Shown here piece by piece: positions 54,679 to 63,178 of a DNA stretch of 64,000 nt (the first letter of the stretch is position 1; each line of letters opens with the position of its first letter). The translations under genes were made by a program, and so were the position numbers. Source of the DNA: Escherichia phage FFH2. The stretch lies in sequence record KJ190158, one strand, 5' to 3'. Under the pieces are notes generated by a model. That model worked only from the letters and a program-made list of their open reading frames with translations. It was not told the origin of the DNA and searched no databases.

Positions 54679-55686
54679 TTATTCACCTTTCAGAGTTGCT
54701 TTAACAACCAGCTCTGGACGGGTGTTAACTGCCAGCATGGAAGTTTCAGATTCAATCTTCTCTTCACGCAGGTATGCAGAGTGTTTATACCACATGTACA
54801 GTTCCTGTGCTGGAGTGTTTGCTTCGTTAACATCGTCTGCCGGAGCAAAGTGCAGCTGGAACATCTGATCAATACCCATCGGCAGAATGCGAGCTTCTTT
54901 CTTAGGAATATTGCCAGAGATATCTTCGATAAAGGTGATACCTTTATGCTCAAACACACGGTATACGCTGTCTTGACCGCCAGCACCCAGACGGCGACGC
55001 AGAGGTTCCTGAGCAGAGCCGTAATAGGTGTATGCCAGTTCTACCAGCGGGTGATGAGTAACAGCACTGAAGAACTCCGGTGAGCACAGAGCTACAATGC
55101 GATAGCCAGCTGCGTTATCACCAGCTTGCAGTGCGATGTGCAGACGAGCTTCTTCCAGAACCTCCATAGGATCCTGATCTGCTTTTGCAGGGTCGATCTC
55201 AACAGACTTCTGAGACACACCCCACAGAGTGTAGTAATCATACTGACAGGTGGTGTCACCAGGTGCATAGGATTTACCCAGAATAGCCTGGAACAGCGCT
55301 TTCTCACGCAGTGCTTCATGAGAAACACGGATACGGCGAACAACGCGGGTTACTACGTCCTGAACAGTTTTCGGAGCATCAGGAGTGAAGTAACGACGGA
55401 AGTTCTGAACATCTGCGGCAGTGATGCCTTTGTCCAGAGGGAAGAACGGGATGTTCAGGTTTTTAACCTGAGCACGTTCACTACCAACGTAGTTACGCTC
55501 ACCACCACGACGGCGTGCCGGAATGTCGGTTACAACTTCATCAACACGCTCAATCTGAGCAATTGTTGAGGTGCCGAGACGGGTTTCGAACAGATCCATA
55601 CCAGTAATCAGGCGGAATTGACGTGGAACAAGGTCCAGAGTAGCACCTAAATCAACAATGCCAAATTCATCTTTACGAGTAATCAT
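54679..55686 (-). CDS. Major capsid protein, lambda gpE-like (335 aa)
   Basis: Size and position after scaffold and small decoration-like gene; strong terminator right after it. Confidence 0.65.
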   Translation of the reverse strand: MITRKDEFGIVDLGATLDLVPRQFRLITGMDLFETRLGTSTIAQIERVDEVVTDIPARRRGGERNYVGSERAQVKNLNIPFFPLDKGITAADVQNFRRYFTPDAPKTVQDVVTRVVRRIRVSHEALREKALFQAILGKSYAPGDTTCQYDYYTLWGVSQKSVEIDPAKADQDPMEVLEEARLHIALQAGDNAAGYRIVALCSPEFFSAVTHHPLVELAYTYYGSAQEPLRRRLGAGGQDSVYRVFEHKGITFIEDISGNIPKKEARILPMGIDQMFQLHFAPADDVNEANTPAQELYMWYKHSAYLREEKIESETSMLAVNTRPELVVKATLKGE

Positions 55687-55734
55687 TTATTTCTCCAAAG
55701 TAAAACTTAAATATTTTCCCGAACAATTTAGGAC

Positions 55735-56124
55735 TTACTCTTCACCAAGAGTCTGGACGTGAACTTTGTTACCCAGAGCTTCCAGCTTTTCAAGAACAGC
55801 CTGCTTAGCTGCTTCACCGTTAGACCCCAGCAGCTTATCTTTTGCAAAGGTAACACCGTGAACTGCAACAACCAGTTTATATTTCTGACCTGTTTGCAGA
55901 GGCTCAGCAAGATGAACTTTTCCTGCATCTTTTACCAAAGCTCGGTCTACAAGAACACCATAAACGTCTGAGCCATCATCGTTAGCGATAGTGCCAGTTT
56001 TTGTTACAACAGTACCCGCATGGTGGTGCTCTGTCAGTGTAATTTCCATCTCTTTAAAATTGTAGCCAGCATCGCTAGAATCAACTTTGCCGAGCACGAT
56101 ATCAGAATATTGAGCGGTAATCAT
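55735..56124 (-). CDS. Putative head decoration protein (129 aa)
   Basis: Small gene between scaffold and capsid, as for gpD-type proteins. Confidence 0.4.
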   Translation of the reverse strand: MITAQYSDIVLGKVDSSDAGYNFKEMEITLTEHHHAGTVVTKTGTIANDDGSDVYGVLVDRALVKDAGKVHLAEPLQTGQKYKLVVAVHGVTFAKDKLLGSNGEAAKQAVLEKLEALGNKVHVQTLGEE

Positions 56125-56144
56125 TTATTTCCCCCGTTAATGTC

Positions 56145-57122
56145 TTATTTGTTAGATTCTGCACGTGCACGAGCAAGTGCTTTTGCAACGTTTTCAGCAA
56201 GAATTTCTTCTGCGGATTTTGCAATATCATCCACAACAGGTTCGCCATCATTACCATGTTCAGTGGTGGCAAACTCTTCTTTAGTTTTATGCACCTCTGC
56301 TTCCAGCTCTTCAATTTTTGCTTGAGCTTTCTCCAGCATAGCTACGATAGGTTCGTTAGCTTTTTCCAGCATGAAGTCAACCAGGGTTGCGTGATCTTCT
56401 TCACCAACAAAGCTCAAAGCTTGAGCCTTAGTCAGCATTTTAGCTTTTTCAACTTCAACCTGGGCCTTGATGATTTCTTCAGCTTTACTCTGGGTTGCTT
56501 TCAGCTCTTCTACTTGCTTCAGCAGATCCAGATACTCTTTAGTTTTGGTTACGTCCACCGGATTCTCCTCGGTATTTGCGGATTTTGCAACATCATCCAC
56601 CTCGGTAGTTTTACCCACCTCAGCAGGTTCCTGTACCGCCTTGATCAGGTTCCCTTCTTTATCGAAGAGATCAGCGGTTACTTGTTCAAAAATCTGTTGT
56701 GTTTTTAACAGGCTGTACTGATCTACCACGCTAAGCTGCTTACCTTCTTTTGCAGCTTTATGGATGGTCACGTTATCACAACGCTCTTCCAGCCATGCAA
56801 TACAAGACTCTGCGTCAGCTTGCGCCCATTCCCAATCAGGATGCTCTTTAGCCCAAGCCTCCTCTTCAATCTCAAAACCAAGCATGTGTGCAAGTGCTTT
56901 AGCATCATCATACCACATATCGAAGAAACGACGCAGGTATTCTTCAAAACTAAGCTCCACAGTAACTTGGCGAAGTGCCTTAACAATATCGTCTGTTAAC
57001 TGCTCAGGATTAAGATCACTCTTCATCAAAAGAGATACAGGTCTGTTGTTAGCGCTATAGCCTTGCGCCTTATGGCACAGGGCAATCCCCTTCTCTTTAA
57101 TAGTAATCGTTTTTTCAGACAT
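56145..57122 (-). CDS. Scaffolding protein (325 aa)
   Basis: Glu/Lys/Ala-rich coiled-coil composition; between portal and capsid. Confidence 0.55.
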   Translation of the reverse strand: MSEKTITIKEKGIALCHKAQGYSANNRPVSLLMKSDLNPEQLTDDIVKALRQVTVELSFEEYLRRFFDMWYDDAKALAHMLGFEIEEEAWAKEHPDWEWAQADAESCIAWLEERCDNVTIHKAAKEGKQLSVVDQYSLLKTQQIFEQVTADLFDKEGNLIKAVQEPAEVGKTTEVDDVAKSANTEENPVDVTKTKEYLDLLKQVEELKATQSKAEEIIKAQVEVEKAKMLTKAQALSFVGEEDHATLVDFMLEKANEPIVAMLEKAQAKIEELEAEVHKTKEEFATTEHGNDGEPVVDDIAKSAEEILAENVAKALARARAESNK

Positions 57123-57553
57123 TATTCATTGCCCTCTTCTACAACACTGATCCCGAAGTTTACGTTGGTAATTTCACCAGTTTCTTCATCAACATTACCT
57201 GTTGCCTGAATGCTTAGGCCACCAACAATGCCAGCCTTCTTAGCTTCCCATAATTCAGGATTATTGTATTTAACTTTAGCAACCCAAGAGCCAGCCTTGA
57301 TGACCTGCTCAGTGCCAATTACTACAACATCAAACTCTTCTTGAATCCACGTCTTTTCAATAGTGAAAGCATCTGTAGAGGTCAAGTGGAAAAGGTTTTC
57401 AGAAACTAGGCCTGCGGCGTATGCTGCGTCCCAGTTATCTTTAGCCTTTTTGATGGTGTCTTTACTCATCCACTCACCGTGAGCATCTTTAGTGTCAGGC
57501 TCGTAGATGATTTCGTAGGAAATCATTTCTTCCTGTGGCATCTTATTCCCCAT
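57122..57553 (-). CDS. Head morphogenesis protein, possibly prohead protease; trimmed
   Basis: Track ORF 57122-57697 overlaps portal by 89 nt; internal ATG near 57553 removes most overlap. Function from position only. Confidence 0.3.
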   Translation of the reverse strand: MGNKMPQEEMISYEIIYEPDTKDAHGEWMSKDTIKKAKDNWDAAYAAGLVSENLFHLTSTDAFTIEKTWIQEEFDVVVIGTEQVIKAGSWVAKVKYNNPELWEAKKAGIVGGLSIQATGNVDEETGEITNVNFGISVVEEGNE

Positions 57554-57608
57554 GTGGATTATTTTATCACGCCAAAGGAGGTTTTGCAACCCCCTGTGTT
57601 GATAATTT

Positions 57609-59165
57609 TTAATTTTCCATGTTGGATATGGAATTATCTCTGGTTGATGACATCTTAGAAGTGCCGTTACCAGTGGATCCTGCAGCCATTCCATCACCAG
57701 CCCTACTGATGTCTTGGCCCAAGAGCTTCATCAGCTCTTCCTGATCCATGTCCTCGTCAAATCTTTCATCAAACCCGCCTACTTCAAGAATCTTATTAAT
57801 TACTGCAGGAGTTTTTGGCAAGTAACCTACAGCACCGATCCTCTGGACAAACTTGGAGAAGCTCTCCATGTCCACTTCTTCAATCAGACCAGGTTTCAGT
57901 TTAGGCATATCATCATCTTCAAGGATGATACCATTCAATGCCAGAAGCTGTGGAATAAGATCTTTATTGAAGGCCTCAGTGATAATATCTATATCACGCT
58001 GAACAAAATGACCATGGATAGACTGTTTTGACTCAGACAGGGAGAAGGATCCAACGTTATCGTTACCGAGGTTAATAAAGCCAGCACCGAAACGGTCAAG
58101 AATCGCCTTCTTACGGGCATCAATCAAATCTTTAGTGGAATACTGCTTACCCATACCGTCAACCCCCTTCAGGGTCATGGAGTAAAGCTCTTTACCAGAC
58201 TTATCTCTATCAGACGGAAGTATAAAGAAACTTTGCTCACCACTATGGGCGTTTGCTGCGTCAAGCATAAGGTCTGCAACCATTCTCCCTTCCATTGAAT
58301 TCGGGTCAATGCTGGCCTTGTTCAAAATATTGGAAGGAATTTTCAGCTCAAGCACACCACCAAGGTCTTTGGAACAGCCAACAACCTCAAGGTTTTCAAT
58401 CAGAACTTTCTCACGGAAAGATCTGTAGCAACCTATCATAGGTGACACACCTGCAGGGTTAGATTCTGTTCCTGACAGGGTCATGAGCATAAGCTTTTTA
58501 GCAGGGATGAAAATTTCAGGCTCATTAAATCCTTTTGAAGGCATTGCAGCAAGAGGTCCAGCCCAGCGTGCATTCTGAGTGTTTAGAAATGCATTAGGTG
58601 ACTGATAAATACCTGTCAGTGTTCTACTATTCTTGTCAAAGACAAACGGCTCTGATCTGGACAGACTGGCCTGAGGTCGGAATGCAATTTTATCAATAAG
58701 AAGCATCCCGGCATATTTACCTTCTTTCTCTCTGCGGTATACTTTCTCAAACAGTGAAAAACCATACTCGTTAAAGGTAGCTGCGCTTCTTGCAATATCC
58801 CGAAGGGTTTGTTGGTTTGCCAAATTACGCAAAGAATACTCTATAAGCTCGGCAGCTTTCTTAGAGTCTTCACTTTTAACATTATAAAGGATCTTAAAAT
58901 CATTGAATGCTTTCGTGATGAAAACATATTTTGTATCTAAGGCAGTAGCAACTGTGGAATCACATTTCATAGTCTCCACTGTGGCAATCAGCTGAGGCCA
59001 ACGCAATTCCTCAACCATCATAGATTGCGATTCTGCCATAATTTGGGAAAGTGCGCCAGAACCGATCTCACTCATACGAACATTATGAGTTGGTGCGCCT
59101 GCGTTCCCAGATTTATTCACAGTTTTGGCTGTGGCGTTGTGTTTCCTGCGGTTCTTTTTGGACAC
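57609..59165 (-). CDS. Portal protein (518 aa), GTG start
   Basis: Directly downstream of large terminase; GAGGGG RBS 8 nt upstream of GTG. Confidence 0.7.
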   Translation of the reverse strand: MSKKNRRKHNATAKTVNKSGNAGAPTHNVRMSEIGSGALSQIMAESQSMMVEELRWPQLIATVETMKCDSTVATALDTKYVFITKAFNDFKILYNVKSEDSKKAAELIEYSLRNLANQQTLRDIARSAATFNEYGFSLFEKVYRREKEGKYAGMLLIDKIAFRPQASLSRSEPFVFDKNSRTLTGIYQSPNAFLNTQNARWAGPLAAMPSKGFNEPEIFIPAKKLMLMTLSGTESNPAGVSPMIGCYRSFREKVLIENLEVVGCSKDLGGVLELKIPSNILNKASIDPNSMEGRMVADLMLDAANAHSGEQSFFILPSDRDKSGKELYSMTLKGVDGMGKQYSTKDLIDARKKAILDRFGAGFINLGNDNVGSFSLSESKQSIHGHFVQRDIDIITEAFNKDLIPQLLALNGIILEDDDMPKLKPGLIEEVDMESFSKFVQRIGAVGYLPKTPAVINKILEVGGFDERFDEDMDQEELMKLLGQDISRAGDGMAAGSTGNGTSKMSSTRDNSISNMEN

Positions 59166-59176
59166 AAGCTTTACCC

Positions 59177-59218
59177 CTCAAAACAGTATAACAAAATAGC
59201 CCTCGTGTTAGAGGGCTA
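59177..59218 (-). terminator. Hairpin AGCCCUC-N6-GAGGGCU with U-rich tail, in portal leader
   Basis: Downstream of candidate promoter 59236-59264 and upstream of portal RBS. Confidence 0.45.
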
Positions 59219-59235
59219 GTATCTCCGATTACTCT

Positions 59236-59264
59236 ATTCTACCACATCTAATTAAGATTGGCAA
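59236..59264 (-). promoter_or_regulatory. Sigma70-like promoter (-35 TTGCCA, 17-nt spacer, -10 TAGAAT) upstream of portal
   Basis: Lies between terminase stop and hairpin 59197-59218. Confidence 0.4.
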
Positions 59265-59267
59265 CAC

Positions 59268-60815
59268 TTAGATAAAACGCTTGAACATAGAAGGTGATGA
59301 GATTGATGGAATCACACAAGGAAGTGCTACCTCCTCTTTCTCCAGGAAATTAATCGCAGAAGCTACACAGTCTGCCCAGTCGTCTTTTCTGTTAAATGTT
59401 GATCTTTCCCCGTTGAATTTTTCAAGTTCAGTCAGAAATGCTTCCAGAGTATCAGGATGGAAACTGGATTTTACAATCCTCACCATTCCTTGTTGTGCAA
59501 GATTGGCAAAAGGTGAGAACCTTGTCAGTTTAGATTTGTTGGAAGGCATTGGGTCTTCTTCAACCCTGAACCCTTCGGCGAGCAAGGATCTGGATGAGGT
59601 TAAGAACTCACTCTTACCTGCCTGACCAGGGTCCACAGAGAATACGATTATGCAATCATCACCATCAAACTGCGCCTGTTTCCTGATGATCACATCTCGT
59701 TCACCAGCCTTTTTACAGAACTTGCCTTCCAGACCTGTGGAATACCTCCCGTCATCCACGTTCTCAGGACAATAATCACCGGACAGGTAATAAAAGCCGT
59801 CGCTATCTTTACTTACCTTAATACTGGCGGTAAAGTCAGGAAATTTATTACCGGAAGTTCTCTCGGTTCCTGCCTTATCCCATGCCCTGCAAGATACTGA
59901 TCCAAGGGGTACTCTATCGGCATCACGAAGGAAAGATCTTTGAAAATAGTTTGCACCCTCAGGCTTTGCAAACCAGTTACCATGAAGAAGCTGAGCTTTT
60001 TCCAGTTCCGGCAGACCTTCAAGGAAAGCAAGGTATTCTGGGTTGTCTCTTAAGCAGACAGGATTATCGAATATTGTTGCGCCTATAAACGAGAATGACA
60101 ACGGTCTTGGCTTGATCTCCACACCCAGTCCGTTAACCGTGGTGTATTTCTCTATCAACTCTTCTTTAGAGTCTCCCCATATAAATTCACCGTCGCGTCG
60201 GATAAAATATCTTTTCTTACCGCATTTCTCCGGATCTGGATACCCTTCATCGTCCAACCACCATCTAACCAGTTTGGCAAGCATGTGTTCTGAATCGGGG
60301 TTACAGCTGATAACCATTCTTGATGGATACTTTGACTGAGATCGCAGACGAGACATCAGATAGTCTATCTGCTCCCATTCGAACTGCGTGCCCTCATCGA
60401 AGCAAACCATGGTGTACTCAAGCCCCTGATGGTTAAGCTTATCTTGTACATACTCCATGTGGCAGTATTTTACAACAGCTCCCTTTTTGCTTCTATCCCA
60501 CTTGCCAGTGCTCGGATCAAACCGTGGAAAAATGAACTTATGATCCTTCTCTCTAAACTTTGGCTTAATGTTTTCAGGCAGATCACTATAAATAGCTACT
60601 GCTTTAGGCCATAGTCCACCCTCACCTTCCAACTGCGGGGTTGTTCTTCGGAACATAACCACAGAGCTGTGGGGGTCATCAATAATTTTAAGCGGCATCA
60701 ACTGCAAGAGGAACGACTTGCCAGACCCTGCGGCACCGCCGATTACCAAAATATCTGCATCGTTTTCTAGGATCATCTTCTGCTTTTCAGAACACGGTCC
60801 GTAAATCTTAGACAT
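59268..60815 (-). CDS. Terminase large subunit (515 aa)
   Basis: Walker A VIGGAAGSGKS and Walker B-like MVCFDEGTQ in N-terminal ATPase half; Asp-rich C-terminal nuclease-like half. Confidence 0.85.
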   Translation of the reverse strand: MSKIYGPCSEKQKMILENDADILVIGGAAGSGKSFLLQLMPLKIIDDPHSSVVMFRRTTPQLEGEGGLWPKAVAIYSDLPENIKPKFREKDHKFIFPRFDPSTGKWDRSKKGAVVKYCHMEYVQDKLNHQGLEYTMVCFDEGTQFEWEQIDYLMSRLRSQSKYPSRMVISCNPDSEHMLAKLVRWWLDDEGYPDPEKCGKKRYFIRRDGEFIWGDSKEELIEKYTTVNGLGVEIKPRPLSFSFIGATIFDNPVCLRDNPEYLAFLEGLPELEKAQLLHGNWFAKPEGANYFQRSFLRDADRVPLGSVSCRAWDKAGTERTSGNKFPDFTASIKVSKDSDGFYYLSGDYCPENVDDGRYSTGLEGKFCKKAGERDVIIRKQAQFDGDDCIIVFSVDPGQAGKSEFLTSSRSLLAEGFRVEEDPMPSNKSKLTRFSPFANLAQQGMVRIVKSSFHPDTLEAFLTELEKFNGERSTFNRKDDWADCVASAINFLEKEEVALPCVIPSISSPSMFKRFI

Positions 60816-61102
60816 TAACCTCTCTCCTTTGGAAACAGTGTTCTAATATAGTCTTGCAAAATGATCAATTTAGCTCTATCATTGCTACAAGACAGATTAT
60901 TATCCCTCATAATGCCAGAATTCACCGCATCTGGCGCACCCTTCTTTAAAGGTATAGCTTTAGCAGGTGGTTTCATGGCACCTTCCGGGGGTTTAACAAT
61001 CAACCTTCCTACATCTGGAGGGTCAATCTTGTATTCTCTCTCAACGCTGGTTGCACACCCACACAATAACAAGCACACAATAAACAGTGCAGCAACTCTC
61101 AT
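60815..61102 (-). CDS. Outer-membrane spanin (o-spanin, Rz1-like)
   Basis: Lipoprotein-type signal with Cys cluster (FIVCLLLCGCATS), Pro-rich mature region; immediately follows i-spanin with 4-nt overlap. Confidence 0.5.
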   Translation of the reverse strand: MRVAALFIVCLLLCGCATSVEREYKIDPPDVGRLIVKPPEGAMKPPAKAIPLKKGAPDAVNSGIMRDNNLSCSNDRAKLIILQDYIRTLFPKERG

Positions 61103-61497
61103 CGACCCTCCTGATTAATACTCTCATTATAAATATCTATAAGCTGATCAGGGAGTGTTGACTTCTTACCCTCAGGTGATTGGAGGTAAATAATCTGCTT
61201 TTCTTTACCTGCCTTCTCAGCCATATTTAATTTATCCTGCAGGTCAGAAAGGGATTTTTCAAGGTTTTTAACCTCCTCTGCGTGGCCCATTTTAATTTTG
61301 TCGGCCTGCTTTTGTTGCTGATCAAGGATCCGTTCCCACTTTAACTCTGTTGCTGACACACCTTCTTGGTAGGCATCATTAAGCTTAGAGTTAAACCAAT
61401 ACACGGCTCCAAGATAAGCTGTACCTATCGCAGCTGCAAAAACTAAACCTTTTATGATCCCTCTATACCTACTCAGCCATGTTAAAACTGAAATCAT
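61099..61497 (-). CDS. Inner-membrane spanin (i-spanin, Rz-like)
   Basis: N-terminal TM helix GLVFAAAIGTAYLGAVYWF, then periplasmic coiled-coil region. Confidence 0.55.
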   Translation of the reverse strand: MISVLTWLSRYRGIIKGLVFAAAIGTAYLGAVYWFNSKLNDAYQEGVSATELKWERILDQQQKQADKIKMGHAEEVKNLEKSLSDLQDKLNMAEKAGKEKQIIYLQSPEGKKSTLPDQLIDIYNESINQEGR

Positions 61498-61511
61498 TTT
61501 AAGGCTCCAGA

Positions 61512-61546
61512 AACGAAAAAACCCCGCAGCTATACAGCTAACGGGG
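61512..61546 (-). terminator. Two-tier hairpin (CCCCG...CGGGG enclosing AGCU-GUAU-AGCU) followed by UUUUUU
   Basis: Between gene 61603-61872 and i-spanin. Confidence 0.5.
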
Positions 61547-61602
61547 CGGGTTAAAATTGAGTAACCTAAATAGATCGAAACTAACTAAAAGGAGACTAAT
61601 AC

Positions 61603-61872
61603 TTATCGAGGCACTCGGTGGATGATTCTAACAGTAACTGCATTTTCATTCATCAAGTATGCATCTACATCTCTGTAAATATAAAACTTCTGCTCACTAT
61701 CAACAACACAAGCTACCGCCCCTTCAGAGTTGTCTTCAAAAAAGACCACCACTGCATCGCAGCTGAGTTCATGATATGACTCTCGAAGATTTACAGCCAG
61801 AGGATTGAAATCGTCACGAAAATCTACGGTATGAGTTGGATTTACACGCTCTACAATTTTAAGTGTATACAT
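61603..61872 (-). CDS. Hypothetical protein; start trimmed to ATG 61872
   Basis: Track ORF overlaps tRNA-Pro; ATG 61872 has AGGAA RBS and removes the overlap. Confidence 0.4.
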   Translation of the reverse strand: MYTLKIVERVNPTHTVDFRDDFNPLAVNLRESYHELSCDAVVVFFEDNSEGAVACVVDSEQKFYIYRDVDAYLMNENAVTVRIIHRVPR

Positions 61873-61918
61873 TTTAAAGGTTCCTTTTGTTTGTATATGT
61901 TTAAAGTATAACTGAAAG

Positions 61919-61995
61919 TGGTCTCCACGGAGTGATTCGAACACTCGACCTCCTGATCCCAAATCAGGCGCTCTACCAAGCTGAGCTACGCGGAG
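61919..61995 (-). tRNA. tRNA-Pro (anticodon UGG)
   Basis: Hand-folded cloverleaf: acceptor CTCCGCG/CGTGGAG (C1-G72), anticodon stem CCTGA/TCAGG, loop TTTGGGA, T-loop TTCGAAT, encoded CCA. Confidence 0.75.
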
Positions 61996-62006
61996 TATTT
62001 ACTATT

Positions 62007-62081
62007 TGGTGGCCCTGGGTGGAATTGAACCACCGTCTGGCGATTATGAGTCGCTTGCTTGAACCTTCCAGCTACAGGGCC
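62007..62081 (-). tRNA. tRNA-Met (anticodon CAU; elongator or Ile-lysidine type)
   Basis: Acceptor GGCCCTG/CAGGGCC, anticodon loop CTCATAA, T-arm GGTGG TTCAATT CCACC, encoded CCA. Confidence 0.7.
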
Positions 62082-62082
62082 T

Positions 62083-62158
62083 TGGTGCTGATGGCAGGAC
62101 TTGAACCTACAACCTATTGATTACAAATCAATTGCACTACCGATTGTGCTACATCAGC
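62083..62158 (-). tRNA. tRNA-Thr (anticodon UGU)
   Basis: Acceptor GCTGATG/CATCAGC, D-stem GCAC/GTGC, anticodon loop TTTGTAA, T-loop TTCAAGT, encoded CCA. Confidence 0.75.
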
Positions 62159-62163
62159 AAAAA

Positions 62164-62262
62164 GGTGCTAGGTGATGGAATCGAACCACCTATGTATTCA
62201 ACGACTACCTCGTCTATTTTCAGGATTAAAAATCCTCGCCCTTGCCAAAGGGCTTACCTAGC
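62164..62262 (-). tRNA. Atypical 99-nt tRNA-like gene (anticodon loop UUUUUAA, possibly Lys-UUU) with ~31-nt insertion
   Basis: Perfect 7-bp acceptor pairing GCTAGGT/ACCTAGC, D-arm GCCC/GGGC, T-arm GGTGG TTCGATT CCATC, but only 4-bp anticodon stem, long extra arm, CCA not encoded. Confidence 0.4.
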
Positions 62263-62360
62263 TCAGTATGTTGACCATGTTGCTAGTCGGCGATGACGAC
62301 TGTAACATTTGATAATCCGGTTCTGCTTCCGGCTTTCGCTTAATTACAAGGTCAACAATG

Positions 62361-62451
62361 TGGCGGAGAGTAATGGAATCGAACCATCATCGAGTCATCC
62401 TCAACGGGACGGTTTTCAAGACCGCTTGAGCACCATTGCTCCCTACCCTCC
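62361..62451 (-). tRNA. tRNA-Ser (anticodon UGA), class II
   Basis: 91 nt; acceptor GGAGGGT/ACTCTCC, anticodon stem GCGGT/ACCGT, loop CTTGAAA, long variable arm, encoded CCA. Confidence 0.7.
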
Positions 62452-62458
62452 TTTATAA

Positions 62459-62487
62459 ATTATACTGATAATGACACTGATTTTCGA
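62459..62487 (-). promoter_or_regulatory. Possible internal tRNA promoter (-10 TATAAT, weak -35 TCGAAA)
   Basis: Perfect -10 placing +1 at the 5' end of tRNA-Ser; -35 is weak. Confidence 0.3.
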
Positions 62488-62565
62488 GCAGTTAGTGACT
62501 AGTATAAACGACGATAAATATCAATGCCATTATCTGTATTATTTATGCATCTAAAAATATAAATT

Positions 62566-62652
62566 TGGTGGGGAGTGGTGGAGTCGAACCACCCGAGTCG
62601 CAATGACAATAGATTTACAGTCTACACCGCTACCTCTACGGGATAACTCCCC
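62566..62652 (-). tRNA. tRNA-Tyr (anticodon GUA), class II
   Basis: 87 nt; acceptor GGGGAGT/ACTCCCC, anticodon loop CTGTAAA, T-arm GGTGG TTCGACT CCACC, encoded CCA. Confidence 0.7.
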
Positions 62653-62656
62653 AATT

Positions 62657-62731
62657 TGGCACCCCGTACTGGACTCGAACCAGTGTCAACGGCTTAGAAG
62701 GCCGCTGCTTTATCCACTAAGCTAACAGGGC
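62657..62731 (-). tRNA. tRNA-Arg (anticodon UCU)
   Basis: 75 nt; acceptor GCCCTGT/ACGGGGT, D-stem GCTT/AAGC, anticodon loop CTTCTAA, encoded CCA. Confidence 0.7.
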
Positions 62732-62789
62732 ACTGGGTGGCTTTCTTTTACACCTTAGCCGCCAGAAAAGGTGGGAGACCATGTTTACA

Positions 62790-62818
62790 ATATTACACTG
62801 TTAAGCAAAGTTTGTCAA
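62790..62818 (-). promoter_or_regulatory. Sigma70-like promoter for tRNA cluster (-35 TTGACA, 17-nt spacer, -10 TAATAT)
   Basis: About 50 nt upstream of tRNA-Arg 5' end. Confidence 0.5.
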
Positions 62819-62827
62819 GAAAATATT

Positions 62828-63166
62828 TTAGCTATTGCTAACAGGCTGTATTTCTGTAGTAAATGGCATAAAAGGTGCTGGTTTTTCAGCCTCTTCCACT
62901 ACCACCTCTTCCTCTTCACCAAACATCTCATCATATTCTTCCTGCATTCGGTCTGCCTTATCAAGAACATACTCTGCAATGCTTTGACGAATATTTTGTT
63001 TGGTTTTCGGGTCCAACATCAGCTCTCTTAAAACTTTGTGAGCTTCTGGAACCATCGCTATAAAAGATTCCTTCATATCAAGGATGTTCTTCTCTAGCTG
63101 AATGGCGTTGGACTCCTCTTTCATAGGTCTGCCTCTACGGCGACGCTTTTTAGTTGTATCCGCCAT
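62828..63166 (-). CDS. Small basic-N / acidic-C protein with AT-hook-like motif; start revised to ATG 63166
   Basis: GGAGG RBS 5 nt upstream of ATG 63166; N-terminus KKRRRRGRP; C-terminus EEEEVVVEEAE; consensus promoter immediately upstream. Confidence 0.45.
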   Translation of the reverse strand: MADTTKKRRRRGRPMKEESNAIQLEKNILDMKESFIAMVPEAHKVLRELMLDPKTKQNIRQSIAEYVLDKADRMQEEYDEMFGEEEEVVVEEAEKPAPFMPFTTEIQPVSNS

Positions 63167-63178
63167 GTTTCCTCCATT

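Noticed and set aside
57122-57697. Full-length track ORF overlapping the portal gene by 89 nt
   Set aside because: Long same-strand overlap unlikely; trimmed to internal ATG near 57553.
13686-61102. Plus-strand ORFs from the track lying inside long minus-strand structural genes (for example 14104-14379, 16653-17141, 35605-35979, 50663-51106, 56256-56708)
   Set aside because: Fully embedded antisense in long ORFs with strong coding character, no RBS context, low-complexity translations; treated as frame noise.
62263-62360. Possible extra tRNA or small RNA in the 98-bp gap between the atypical tRNA-like gene and tRNA-Ser
   Set aside because: No T-arm or acceptor pairing could be built by hand; only a short GTCG-N7-CGAC hairpin.
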